Source of the DNA: Promethearchaeia archaeon
GTDB taxonomy: Archaea > Asgardarchaeota > Lokiarchaeia > Sigyniarchaeales > SOKP01
Length of the DNA: 64,000 nt
Assembly (NCBI GenBank): GCA_029856125.1
Contig: JAHQWJ010000134.1
Coordinates: forward strand, 1,605 to 65,604
Reading direction: 5' to 3'
The notes below the pieces were generated by a model that was given only the letters and a program-made list of their open reading frames with translations, did not search any database and was not told the origin of the DNA. Both the position numbers and the translations under genes were made by a program. Positions within the stretch are counted from its first letter, which is position 1. Each line of letters opens with the position of its first letter. Below, piece after piece: positions 1-9,592 of the stretch.

Positions 1-500
1 TATTCATTGTTGCAGTGTACTATTTTATCCTCGGACTTTTTGGATTTCTATATTATGGAGGTCCTATTAATATTCGGATATTTTATTCGTTCGGTTTTGC
101 AGTATTATACGTAATAGCGTTAAGCAGTTTTGTGACCCTATTCAGTTCTTTTATGAAAAACGTGAATATTACAATCATTATTACTTTGGTTATTCTTCTT
201 ATGGGATTTAACATAGCTGACCAGATTATTAATTTAATATTTGCAGAAACATTTGAACCACTATACTCATTAGCATATTTGGGTAATTTAATTACCTCGG
301 TATTGCTAAATCCATTTCCAGATCCTAGATATGCCGAGTTTTCGTTCGGAGGGATGGGACCTCCTGGAATGGGAGGCGGTGATTTTTCATTCGGTTCTTG
401 GGCAACACCTAGTATTTTTATGGGTACGACTTTACTGCTCGTATACATCATTGCTTGTTTTATTCTAGCAGCAATTTTATTCAAAAGGAGGCAACTATAA
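1..500 (+). CDS. polytopic membrane protein, C-terminal part (ABC-2-type permease-like); 5' end lies outside the window
   Basis: The frame is open from base 3 to the stop at 500. The product is several hydrophobic helices plus a Gly/Pro/Met-rich loop (GGMGPPGMGGGDFSFG). The next gene starts 2 nt later. The family call rests on composition only. Confidence 0.4.
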   Translation, partial: FIVAVYYFILGLFGFLYYGGPINIRIFYSFGFAVLYVIALSSFVTLFSSFMKNVNITIIITLVILLMGFNIADQIINLIFAETFEPLYSLAYLGNLITSVLLNPFPDPRYAEFSFGGMGPPGMGGGDFSFGSWATPSIFMGTTLLLVYIIACFILAAILFKRRQL

Positions 501-501
501 A

Positions 502-1470
502 ATGTGGACAATTAAAAGTAAAACCAGAACAAGCGTATTGAGCTTAACTATACTTAGCCTATTTCTTATTGGAATTCTTTCTACATCGATAGTAGCTAGC
601 ACAACGTACCAACATACTTTAACGAAAGGAACTGATGATTTCGTAGTAGAACTTTATGATAGTGCAGAATGGAAAAACACTGTTGATTCTTCCTTAACAC
701 CGAGCGATTGGTTTGAAGGAGAGGCAAATGTTACAAATGCAAAAAGCAAAGCAACACTAAGAGGATGGGTACCATCCACATGGGACACTTGGGATGTGTT
801 TACCTCAATCTTTATGCGCGAATTCTTCAACTCTACAGAAACTTTTACACTCTTATATACTATGGATTTGCAAGGATACAACGAAACTACGATCAATGCA
901 AACTACACAACTAATTATAACTTATTGTACGGGTTACGCGCGGTTTGGAACTATACAACTAACGAATATGAGGAGAACCCGAGCAGTACCGAAGGAGTCA
1001 TAATCTTTCCGGACCCTTTAAAATACAAAGTAATGTTAGACGATTACAATGCTCTTGCTGAAGATCTAAACGGAAACATCGCTATTCAATTCTCTGGCTT
1101 GAGTTTTCCAAATGTAAGCGCGGACGAATTTCTCTGGCAACTCATTTTCAGTGGTTTTGCAACCGCAGGACCACACGGAAATTACCTAGAATCTTTAGTT
1201 AGCGAACTTGGGTGCGAAAATACTACAGTGAGTGGGTCAACACTTATAATTGAGCGCTATGGCATAACAAATTATACTGTCGAAGTTTCCTACGGAGAGA
1301 AAGGAATGATGTCTTCCTTCACAGTAAAGGACATAAGTGACGAGGTTATCTATAAAATAACCAGTTCCAATTCAGAGTGGCTCTTTTATCTACTTCTGAT
1401 AACAGTCTCAGCTGTCAGCGTTGCTTTAGTTGTTTTTGCAGTTGTTAAAGGTAGAAAACACAAAAGATAA
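502..1470 (+). CDS. secreted/surface-anchored protein with N-terminal signal-anchor, many N-glycosylation sequons and a C-terminal TM anchor
   Basis: 322 aa. N-terminal hydrophobic segment (VLSLTILSLFLIGILSTSIVA). At least 8 NxS/T sequons (NVT, NST, NET, NYT x3, NVS, NTT). C-terminal TM helix followed by a basic tail (KGRKHKR). Confidence 0.55.
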   Translation: MWTIKSKTRTSVLSLTILSLFLIGILSTSIVASTTYQHTLTKGTDDFVVELYDSAEWKNTVDSSLTPSDWFEGEANVTNAKSKATLRGWVPSTWDTWDVFTSIFMREFFNSTETFTLLYTMDLQGYNETTINANYTTNYNLLYGLRAVWNYTTNEYEENPSSTEGVIIFPDPLKYKVMLDDYNALAEDLNGNIAIQFSGLSFPNVSADEFLWQLIFSGFATAGPHGNYLESLVSELGCENTTVSGSTLIIERYGITNYTVEVSYGEKGMMSSFTVKDISDEVIYKITSSNSEWLFYLLLITVSAVSVALVVFAVVKGRKHKR

Positions 1471-1481
1471 TTCTAAAACGA

Positions 1482-1506
1482 TTTTTTTATATATTTATTT
1501 TTTTTA
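1482..1506. terminator. oligo-T tracts between convergent genes (candidate archaeal terminator)
   Basis: A T7 run and a T8 run lie within 40 nt downstream of the stop at 1470, in the gap shared with the convergent gene ending at 1595. Confidence 0.3.
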
Positions 1507-1594
1507 CTATTTTTCTTATTAATTCTTCCCAAAATCAACTACTTTATTCATATTAGGAAAATTAAAAAAAAAAGAAAAGAAAGTTTTATTTAAA

Positions 1595-4171
1595 TTATTC
1601 TTCAATTTTAGATTCACGTGAAGTAGGTTTTCCATCGGGGTAAATGTTGGTTACATCGCGCGGTGTCGGGTCGTATCCTTTCTTTTCCATCAAAGTATAT
1701 AATTTTTGCGTGTTGAAATCAATTGAAAATTCCATTATTTCTCCCGCTAGTAAAATATATGAAAAAGCGGTTAAAAATGGGATACCAGCGAAGAAAACTA
1801 CGATTACTAAGACTCCAAACATCATACTCGCAATATCATTGCTATCGGCAAAAAATCCTGAAAGATCTACCGTTGTTAAGAAACCTATTAAAGTCACTAT
1901 CGCAGAAAGACCTGCCATCCCTTTTACTAGTGATTGAGCCCATACGCTTATCGGTTCTATATCTCCTGGTTGGCGGTACTTTTTAGATTGACGAAAATAG
2001 ACGACACCAGCGTCATCTAATAGAAAATTACCGGCAATAAAAAACGAAAATACGAGAAAGGTCAAAATCATTGGAAATATACAACAGAGCATATAACCGT
2101 TCATAAATTGAAAAAATTCGGTAGACCCAAACACGTCAAAATCTTGAGGGTAGCCAAGGATAGGTGTAATCGCTCCGTACGTATAGAATCCAATCGCAAT
2201 CGAAAGGAGTAACGGGAGAAGAATCCTTTTCATCTGGATCACCGTCCCAATTTCTTTCCGATCCTCCATATCAAGCACAAGTATATCCGTTTCATAGCTT
2301 TTAGATATTTTAAAAAATAAGGATCGAAGTTTTATGAAGAAATAAGCAAATCTTGGGGCAAATCTATTGTATAATGCAGCGGTTAAGGGCAATGCTCCAT
2401 ACCAAGTGATTATTACTGTAAGGAAACTTACAATAATCGAAGTCATATTTTGGTTAGGTATAAGCGTTTTATTAAAGATATTTAGTTGTATTAGAAATAA
2501 TAAGAAAGTGACGGACATTAAAGTTATAGCAAGTGCATTCACAGCGACCGTAAGTTTATGTTCCTTGACACCTCCTCTACTAAAGCTTATCTTCCTACCC
2601 TTTAGTATTACTAATAATATTCCTGCGCATAACAAAGCAACAAGGATGGCAAAAAGAGGAGTTCCAAAAGAGAAATGTGGAGACAACCATATTGCGAGTG
2701 GTTTTGAAGAAGCAATTCCAATTACCCTGTCGTGAGATGAAAAAACGTAATCACCCTTACCATCACCGCTAAAATCTTGAAATGGAAGCAACTCCTGAGT
2801 ACCATATTCGTTATTTACAATGCCAAGAACTGTATTATCTGACGGGTTTATTACAGTTAAACGGCGAACTTCTTGAGGCGAATAAACAAGTCTAATTCTT
2901 TCGGAAAGAACTATTTCATCAATGTTATCTCCATTCATATCTTCTCCTAAGGCATAGGCATTCATTGATTCTTCAGTTGAATAGGCAGATAATTGCCAAT
3001 AAATTTCTTCAGAAGTCTCTTCAACTTTGTAAATTATCATAAGACTATCTCTTGTACCCGAACTCTCTTCATATATATCACAATTAATTAAAATGTAGGC
3101 TTCCATATCGCTTTCGTCAGAACCAAGTAGATTAATATCAAAATTATTGTATTCTCCTGGAATACTAAATATCCGAATTGTACTACCATCAATACCATTA
3201 ACAATTGTAACATTCCCCTCGGTTGATAGTAGCGCTATCTCGTTAATATCATCACCATTTATGTCTTCAATAAAGGTATAACGAGTACTATGTTCGGTAA
3301 GCGTTTCGTTGAAAATTGGATTCATGAAGTTAGACGTGCTGGTATTGAATAATATAATTGAATTTTGATTTATAAAAAGCAGCTCATCTTTAGAACCGTA
3401 GGGAAATAAATCTATTGCTGGAATTATATCATTTTCGCTAATCCACGTAAAATCCATGTAGAATGTATCGTATTGAGTTCCATTTACGAAATAACTGGAA
3501 ATGTTGCAATAATACTCGTTCGACGCGTTTACTTTTAATATACACTCAATGAATACAAAATCAACTAAGCTATCGTTCAAATAAACAGCATCGTGCATGA
3601 AAAGATTAGTAAAATTTCGAAGGTCCCCTGTTAGAATCGGAATGTCAGTACCGTTATTTCCTGAGATCATGATATTAGTATAAGCATCTGGAATTATTTC
3701 TGGTTGAAAATTAGATTGATTATTAGGTCTTACCCAATCTGGAGTTACGGAGGCAATCACTGCGAAATAATCTTTTATATCATCACCGTTTACATCCCCC
3801 AGCTCAAACATTCTCTTCACCGGATTATTTGTGTTTTTTTCCCACAACTTTGCACCACTCAAGCCATTTAATCCGATAATTTTACCAAAATTAGTTAAAT
3901 CATCCGGATTTCCTACATTCTCAGATTCTTGCCATCTAACATCGGCGTAAGTAATAACATCGTTGATACCATCTTTATTAAGGTCGTCAGCAGCTATGAT
4001 AGACAATTCCATAGAATTTTCTTCACTATACTCTTCCCAAACCCATCCGGGTTGAATTTCCATTTGGGTTATAAACACTAATCCAAGGCTTCCGAAAACG
4101 ATGAAGGCCGCCGCTAAGAGGACATAATTAACTGGATGTGTTCGCATTTTTTTACTTTTTTGTTCATTCAT
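1595..4171 (-). CDS. FG-GAP/VCBS-repeat (beta-propeller-like) ectodomain fused to a C-terminal polytopic membrane domain
   Basis: 858 aa. N-terminal TM helix (YVLLAAAFIVFGSLGLVFI). The ectodomain has at least five Ca-binding-type repeat loops (DLNKDGINDV, DVNGDDIKDY, DINGDDINEI, DMNGDNIDEI, FSGDGKGDY). It is followed by about 330 aa with roughly 8 hydrophobic helices. Confidence 0.6.
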   Translation of the reverse strand: MNEQKSKKMRTHPVNYVLLAAAFIVFGSLGLVFITQMEIQPGWVWEEYSEENSMELSIIAADDLNKDGINDVITYADVRWQESENVGNPDDLTNFGKIIGLNGLSGAKLWEKNTNNPVKRMFELGDVNGDDIKDYFAVIASVTPDWVRPNNQSNFQPEIIPDAYTNIMISGNNGTDIPILTGDLRNFTNLFMHDAVYLNDSLVDFVFIECILKVNASNEYYCNISSYFVNGTQYDTFYMDFTWISENDIIPAIDLFPYGSKDELLFINQNSIILFNTSTSNFMNPIFNETLTEHSTRYTFIEDINGDDINEIALLSTEGNVTIVNGIDGSTIRIFSIPGEYNNFDINLLGSDESDMEAYILINCDIYEESSGTRDSLMIIYKVEETSEEIYWQLSAYSTEESMNAYALGEDMNGDNIDEIVLSERIRLVYSPQEVRRLTVINPSDNTVLGIVNNEYGTQELLPFQDFSGDGKGDYVFSSHDRVIGIASSKPLAIWLSPHFSFGTPLFAILVALLCAGILLVILKGRKISFSRGGVKEHKLTVAVNALAITLMSVTFLLFLIQLNIFNKTLIPNQNMTSIIVSFLTVIITWYGALPLTAALYNRFAPRFAYFFIKLRSLFFKISKSYETDILVLDMEDRKEIGTVIQMKRILLPLLLSIAIGFYTYGAITPILGYPQDFDVFGSTEFFQFMNGYMLCCIFPMILTFLVFSFFIAGNFLLDDAGVVYFRQSKKYRQPGDIEPISVWAQSLVKGMAGLSAIVTLIGFLTTVDLSGFFADSNDIASMMFGVLVIVVFFAGIPFLTAFSYILLAGEIMEFSIDFNTQKLYTLMEKKGYDPTPRDVTNIYPDGKPTSRESKIEE

Positions 4172-4452
4172 AATTTCTAAGTTTAAATTTGATTTATTTA
4201 GTTATATTTAACCATTCAAAATTATAAATCTTAAGTAAAAATTAGCCAGAATTGTTACAATTCATATTTACCATAATTTAGCGATCTTCAACAAAGTTGA
4301 GTTTAATTAAAGGTTATTAATCAAGATTAAAAAAGAAAAAAAAATAGTATTTATTGGAGTTATTTTAGAGTTAAGTTTTACTTGAAAACTCTCGCTAAGT
4401 CGTAAAGTAATTAATTCTAAAGTGCTCCACCTTATTACTTAATACTTACTTA

Positions 4453-4923
4453 TTAGTTATTTGGTTCATCGGTAATGTCTATAGGTTTTGCAGGTTTCTT
4501 TCCGATTATAACTCTTAAAAGACCGTTTGTCATTTTAGATGTTATCTTATTCTCGTCAGCATCCGCAGGTAATGGAACATCCATATTTACGTCAATAAAT
4601 CTAAAACCTTTAAACATAAATGGAAATCCTTGTTTTTTAGGTTCTTCGGTGACTTTTTCATGTTCAGGCACTTTTGGTTTATTCGCTTTAATGTTCAGGT
4701 GTTTATTAATAAGGGATACTGTAACATCCTCTTTAGTACGACCGGGTAATGGCACTGTTATCAAGTATTCGCTTCCTAAATCTTCCATATTATGATGAAT
4801 ATAATCACCCATGAAACCTCCCATAAACTGGTGAGCCATTTGTTTCATTTTTGCTATGTCCCTTGGATTAAATGGCATGCAACCATGCATTTGTCTTGGT
4901 CCACAATTTTTGTCATTATGCAT
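4453..4923 (-). CDS. hsp20: small heat-shock protein, Hsp20/alpha-crystallin family
   Basis: 156 aa. Alpha-crystallin domain pattern (YLITVPLPGRTKEDVTVSL..HLNIKA ... NGLLRVIIGKK). The N-terminal arm is rich in Met/His/Cys. Confidence 0.85.
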   Translation of the reverse strand: MHNDKNCGPRQMHGCMPFNPRDIAKMKQMAHQFMGGFMGDYIHHNMEDLGSEYLITVPLPGRTKEDVTVSLINKHLNIKANKPKVPEHEKVTEEPKKQGFPFMFKGFRFIDVNMDVPLPADADENKITSKMTNGLLRVIIGKKPAKPIDITDEPNN

Positions 4924-4969
4924 TCCTTTTTACCTCTTTTCTGTAATTTTTTAATAAAGGTGGTGAAAA

Positions 4970-5626
4970 TTAAGAATTTTTGAAGTCATTATAGTCATCA
5001 TCGTCAACGATTTCTATTGTTTTTGTGTTCTTTTCTCGCTTGTTTTGCAAATCACTTAGTAATACTTCAAGATGAGAGATTCTCTTATTGATATGATCCA
5101 TTCTTTTAGTTATCCGACTTTTAGAAAAATTTAATTCACCTAAAATTCTCTTTACGCGTTCAATGTTCGTTATAGAATAATCATCGGTATCAATGCTTCG
5201 ATGTGAATGTTCTCGGTTATATGGAAAGCAAGACATCATACTGTGTATTCGATCTTCGTTAGGAATCCAAGTCTGAACAATAGTCCTAAGATATTCTCCA
5301 AGAGTGTCTATGCTTGGCTCTAAATTACTTTTGAGAACCTCCCTTAATTTTTTTTGTCCCGATTCTGTTATGCGATATAATTTGATATTTCGATTGCTTT
5401 TGAGCAGTACTTCCATTTCAATAAAACCTCCCTTAGCTAATCTGTTTAGTAAAGGATATATTGTGCCAGGGGAAGCATGCCAAAGTTTGTTGAATTTTTT
5501 GTTGATGCTTCGAGCGAGATCATATCCAGAGATACCGTCGTAATTTTCAATTATTGAAAGTACTAGAATATCTAAACCAGAAAATATCCCACCTTCGTGT
5601 CCGCTAAATCGCTTGCCAAAAAACAT
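4970..5626 (-). CDS. PadR-family transcriptional regulator with long helical C-terminal extension
   Basis: 218 aa. Winged-helix PadR pattern (ISGYDLARSI..WHASPGTIYPLLNRLAKGGFIE..KLYRITESG), followed by about 110 aa of helical sequence. Confidence 0.75.
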   Translation of the reverse strand: MFFGKRFSGHEGGIFSGLDILVLSIIENYDGISGYDLARSINKKFNKLWHASPGTIYPLLNRLAKGGFIEMEVLLKSNRNIKLYRITESGQKKLREVLKSNLEPSIDTLGEYLRTIVQTWIPNEDRIHSMMSCFPYNREHSHRSIDTDDYSITNIERVKRILGELNFSKSRITKRMDHINKRISHLEVLLSDLQNKREKNTKTIEIVDDDDYNDFKNS

Positions 5627-5649
5627 TTTTTAATTTTCACCTATATATC

Positions 5650-5670
5650 GAAATCGATATATTCGATTTC
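5650..5670. promoter_or_regulatory. perfect 8-5-8 inverted repeat GAAATCGA-TATAT-TCGATTTC upstream of padR (candidate operator)
   Basis: Read directly from the sequence. It lies 24-44 nt upstream of the padR start codon (5626, minus strand), in the promoter region. Confidence 0.3.
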
Positions 5671-5895
5671 ATATATATCATATATAAGATAAGACACCTT
5701 AATAAATATATCGGAAAACGAAGTCGCAATTTAGCGCCGTTATATGAATAAAACTTTATAATAATTACCTAAATAGGTAAAAGGCTCAAATTTCTTGTTC
5801 ATATCACTTTTAAGACATGATATAAGAAAATTAGAAAAAAAATCTTTCTCATGCGATAATTTTTTTATTTTATAATTAGCTATTTCTATTAGAAT

Positions 5896-6741
5896 ATGAT
5901 GCAACCTTTTCTAATTCGAGAATTAAAAACGAGTGAGCTCCATGAATCTCTAATAGTCCTCTACATATCTTTTAATCGTACGATTCCCCCCGATCTTAAA
6001 AACCAAGAAAAGTTGCTAATAAGCCTAATAAATTATGATATTGCAAAGTTCTTAGTTGCTGAGGAGGATGGTAAAATTATCGGATTAGGGGGTATATTTT
6101 TCTTCGGAAATGTTTGTTCTATTGGGTATATGGCAGTTCTTCCAGAAGTAAGGTCCAAAGGACTAGGCACAGATATGTTTAGAAATTTAGTAAAAATTGG
6201 TAAATCGAAAGGTTGCAAAACTTTCATGTTATATGCTTCAGAATTAGGCGAACCAATATATCACAAATTTGGGTTTCGAAGTAAATATGCTACTAGGGTG
6301 TACAATTTGCCAATTAAACCATTAATATTACAGAAAACTAATAAAAAAATTAAACATACTGATATTTTTCCTAATTGGGCCGCATTAATTGATAAGAATA
6401 CAATAGGTTTTGACAGATCCGAATTTTTGCAGCTAAAAATTAATCACGGTTCGATCCTGCTTACAGCTGATGAAGAAGGGTTTGCTCTCGTCTCAAGTTC
6501 AAGATTAGGACCGGTCATTTCTAAAAACATCCATGCTGCGGTATCTCTTATTAATGAAGGAATAAAGCTTGGAGCAAACCACATCATCGTACCAAATCAT
6601 TCACAGTTCCCTAGTAAAATCTTTGAATTCGTTAATTTAACTGAAAGAGATGATGATTCAAATTTAAAAATGGTATATGGGAAAGAAGTAGCACAAAAAT
6701 TAGACCAGTTCTATGCTATTGGTACCTACTCTAAAGGGTAG
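5896..6741 (+). CDS. GNAT-family N-acetyltransferase with extra C-terminal domain
   Basis: 281 aa. Acetyl-CoA-binding motif A region (IGYMAVLPEVRSKGLGTDMFRNLV) in the N-terminal half. Confidence 0.65.
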   Translation: MMQPFLIRELKTSELHESLIVLYISFNRTIPPDLKNQEKLLISLINYDIAKFLVAEEDGKIIGLGGIFFFGNVCSIGYMAVLPEVRSKGLGTDMFRNLVKIGKSKGCKTFMLYASELGEPIYHKFGFRSKYATRVYNLPIKPLILQKTNKKIKHTDIFPNWAALIDKNTIGFDRSEFLQLKINHGSILLTADEEGFALVSSSRLGPVISKNIHAAVSLINEGIKLGANHIIVPNHSQFPSKIFEFVNLTERDDDSNLKMVYGKEVAQKLDQFYAIGTYSKG

Positions 6742-6768
6742 AAGTTTATAATAGATTATAATCACATT

Positions 6769-7335
6769 TTATAAGTCGAAGATTTTTTCTTGTACTTCCT
6801 CCCAATTATGAACCCTATGAACATTATCTTCGCACACTGAGTTTTGGTTCCAGGGTTGGTCAAAAAGTAATAGAGTCCTATTTTTCATCTTTTTTATTGG
6901 CTCTACTAAGTTTGGATTATCATCAACATACAAATCGTATTTTTGTTTTAATTTAATATCGTATGGTCGATGATGTAATAAAATCATCTCTGTGTATTGA
7001 ATACCCGCCATAATATTATGAGATTCTAACTTATCTATTATTGAAGAACGATATTCAGGTACACGCGCAGAAACAATATCAAGGTCGTACATTTCGTTTA
7101 ACTTTTTCATGATTTTCGGAGCATCATCATCTATAAAAGGAATGCTTTGAGAATCTGCATAAATTTCAAAAAATATTTTGAACCCTGTTTCTTCATCCAT
7201 GTTCCAATCGGCAAAAAAATCCCACTTAACGACATCGTTCTTTTTGTAATTAGTACCATATCTTTTGTTATAAATTTCACAATATATAATAATGATATCT
7301 AATAGGACGCCGTCAATGTCAATCGCAATTTTCAT
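6769..7335 (-). CDS. HAD-superfamily 5'(3')-deoxyribonucleotidase-like hydrolase
   Basis: 188 aa. HAD motif I at the N-terminus (IAIDIDGVLLD). Size and later acidic motifs (YVDDNP) fit the NT5C-like family. Confidence 0.6.
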   Translation of the reverse strand: MKIAIDIDGVLLDIIIIYCEIYNKRYGTNYKKNDVVKWDFFADWNMDEETGFKIFFEIYADSQSIPFIDDDAPKIMKKLNEMYDLDIVSARVPEYRSSIIDKLESHNIMAGIQYTEMILLHHRPYDIKLKQKYDLYVDDNPNLVEPIKKMKNRTLLLFDQPWNQNSVCEDNVHRVHNWEEVQEKIFDL

Positions 7336-7536
7336 TATAATTCATTTGTTTGTAATAATATAAAAACATTTATATGCACCTAATAAAATGGGTTTTATCT
7401 TGATTATAGTACCCATCGCGCTATACCTTGATTATAGAAAAATGCAGTGTTATCCAGATAATCAATTTATCAAGAGATAAAGTGCGACATCTATATTTTA
7501 TCTAATCCTTATATAAGTGGGATCTAATTATTAATA

Positions 7537-7944
7537 ATGGAAGAAAAAAAATCAAACCATTTAGAGTGTACGGTAACGGAAGAAGGGGCCATTAAATTCA
7601 TCTTGGTTTTTGAGCAGAATGAAGAGGATGACGAATATGTTGATGTAGAATGTAGTAGCATAGTTGGTGATGATAAAGAACCAGTATTTTATATAATCAG
7701 GGATGATATAGAGTTTAAAAATTACGCTCTTGAGATACTGAGAAAGAGCGAGTATGTAGTGTGTGATGCTCAGTATGAGAATCAAAATGAAATCATATTA
7801 AAAATACATAATAATTTTGCGGTTAGTAAAGGTAGTGGTTATACAGTAGAAATTGATCACAATTTAGGAGAAAGTTCTAAGGAGTGTAAGGAAATAGAAG
7901 ATATATGTATACAATATCAACTTAATATCGAGTGGAGAAATTAA
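7537..7944 (+). CDS. hypothetical acidic protein
   Basis: 135 aa ORF that fills an intergenic gap. I recognise no motif. Confidence 0.4.
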   Translation: MEEKKSNHLECTVTEEGAIKFILVFEQNEEDDEYVDVECSSIVGDDKEPVFYIIRDDIEFKNYALEILRKSEYVVCDAQYENQNEIILKIHNNFAVSKGSGYTVEIDHNLGESSKECKEIEDICIQYQLNIEWRN

Positions 7945-8341
7945 ATAATTTTTAAATTCGTGATTATCAAGGTAATTTTAATTTTACCACGTTCAAGATT
8001 TTTACATTAAATTATTATATTGTTTAGACAATTTGCGTGTGGTTGACACTTAATACAATATTAAGATAATTATCTGAAATTTTATATATTCCATCGATAA
8101 ATTTAAATAGCCACAGTTATGTTAATTATATGGGAATAAATTCCCGCAAAATACTACGTAAAACAGGTGAGAATTAAAAAACTTCTAAACGAAATCGGTA
8201 TAGAAAATATTAACTCCTCTACTATTACTTAAAAATTTTGAATTTAAACCAATACCACCCCCTTTTTTTTCTTTTTCTTACTATTTTTTTAAGAACCTTT
8301 ACTTAATTTTAATATCTTTGATTATTGATAGGTGTAACTAA

Positions 8342-9118
8342 TTGATGTCAATAAAAGGTATTTTATCAGATATCGATGGAACTCTCTATTTCAAAGGTGC
8401 TCCAGTTCCCGGAGCCGTCGAAGCTGTTGAAATGCTGCGTGATAAAGGTATAGAATTGCTGTTTTTTACTAATACTGATAGCAAAACTCCCAAAAATGTA
8501 TACAAATCGCTTATAGAATATGGCTTTAAAGTTAAAGAGGATGATATTTTTACTCCAATTATTGCTTTAAAAGAATTTCTTAAAGACAAACCCGATGCAA
8601 AATTGTATTTAGTGACAACAGAAGAAGTTAAAGGAGAATTTCAAGAATTTCATCATGTTAGAGGAACAGAAATTCCTGATTATGTTATTGTTGGGGATTT
8701 CCGGGACAATTGGGATGTCAACAGGCTCAACGAAGCTTTTCGACATGTTATAAAGCACAAGGCAATATTACTTGGAACACAAGGTAATAATTATTATCTC
8801 GATGTTAATGGAGAGCCTGTAATTGATACCGGGTCATTTGTACATATGATAGCAAATGCTGCTAATGTTAAGCCTAAGATCTTTGGTAAACCTTCTAAAG
8901 AGTATTTTTTTCAAGCTTTAAAAAAACTCAAATTATCCTCTGAAGATACAATTGTCGTCGGGGACGATATTGAAACAGATATTTTAGGTGCTCAAAATGC
9001 TAAACTTAGGGGAATCCTTGTAAAAACGGGTAAAGGACAATTCTTCAATTCATCAGAAGGAAGTATTATCCCATACAAAGTTATAGATTCTTTTAGCTCT
9101 TTAACTGAGCTAGTATAA
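8342..9118 (+). CDS. HAD-superfamily subfamily IIA phosphatase (NagD-like)
   Basis: 258 aa. Motif I LSDIDGTLY, motif III GKPS, motif IV VGDDIETDILGA. Confidence 0.75.
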   Translation: MMSIKGILSDIDGTLYFKGAPVPGAVEAVEMLRDKGIELLFFTNTDSKTPKNVYKSLIEYGFKVKEDDIFTPIIALKEFLKDKPDAKLYLVTTEEVKGEFQEFHHVRGTEIPDYVIVGDFRDNWDVNRLNEAFRHVIKHKAILLGTQGNNYYLDVNGEPVIDTGSFVHMIANAANVKPKIFGKPSKEYFFQALKKLKLSSEDTIVVGDDIETDILGAQNAKLRGILVKTGKGQFFNSSEGSIIPYKVIDSFSSLTELV

Positions 9119-9179
9119 ATTAAATTATATTTTTTTAAGCGAGTAAAATTTTAAAAAACAGAAGATCGAATTTAAAATT

Positions 9180-9410
9180 CTAATATATTTTATTTAAAGA
9201 ATCCTGAGAATGATTAGTTTCGTTGGAAGCATCTTTAGAACCGTTATTATTTATTAATTGATATTGATCCTTTATTTCTTCAAGATCTACGGTAATTAGC
9301 GTGTGTAAATGATGGATCCTCTCAAAATTATCTATTTTAGTTTGATTTAAAGGGTTATTTGCATGGATTATTACATATTCCTTACATTTAATACATGCCC
9401 GGGCTCTCAT
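9180..9410 (-). CDS. hypothetical small protein
   Basis: 76 aa ORF in an otherwise empty gap. It has a single CxxC (CIKC) near the N-terminus. No family recognised. Confidence 0.3.
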   Translation of the reverse strand: MRARACIKCKEYVIIHANNPLNQTKIDNFERIHHLHTLITVDLEEIKDQYQLINNNGSKDASNETNHSQDSLNKIY

Positions 9411-9592
9411 AGTTCTTCCTAAAAATAATATAAATAATCTTATAATTAGGAAAAACTTAGATTATATCTAAGTTTCGCTTATTTTTTATTTATGTTCGTG
9501 ATATTAGTACAAATAACCACACCGTATGAAATTTCAAGAAAAATAGGGTTTAGGTTAAATTAAAATGCCGGTGAAAAAAGATATTTCTTGTT

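Noticed and set aside
7399-7437. An 11-bp direct repeat, cttgattatag, at 7399-7409 and 7427-7437 in the divergent promoter region between the HAD nucleotidase gene and the acidic-ORF gene.
   Set aside because: There are only two short copies. It could be a regulator half-site pair, but there is no supporting regulator or further copies, so it is too weak to call.
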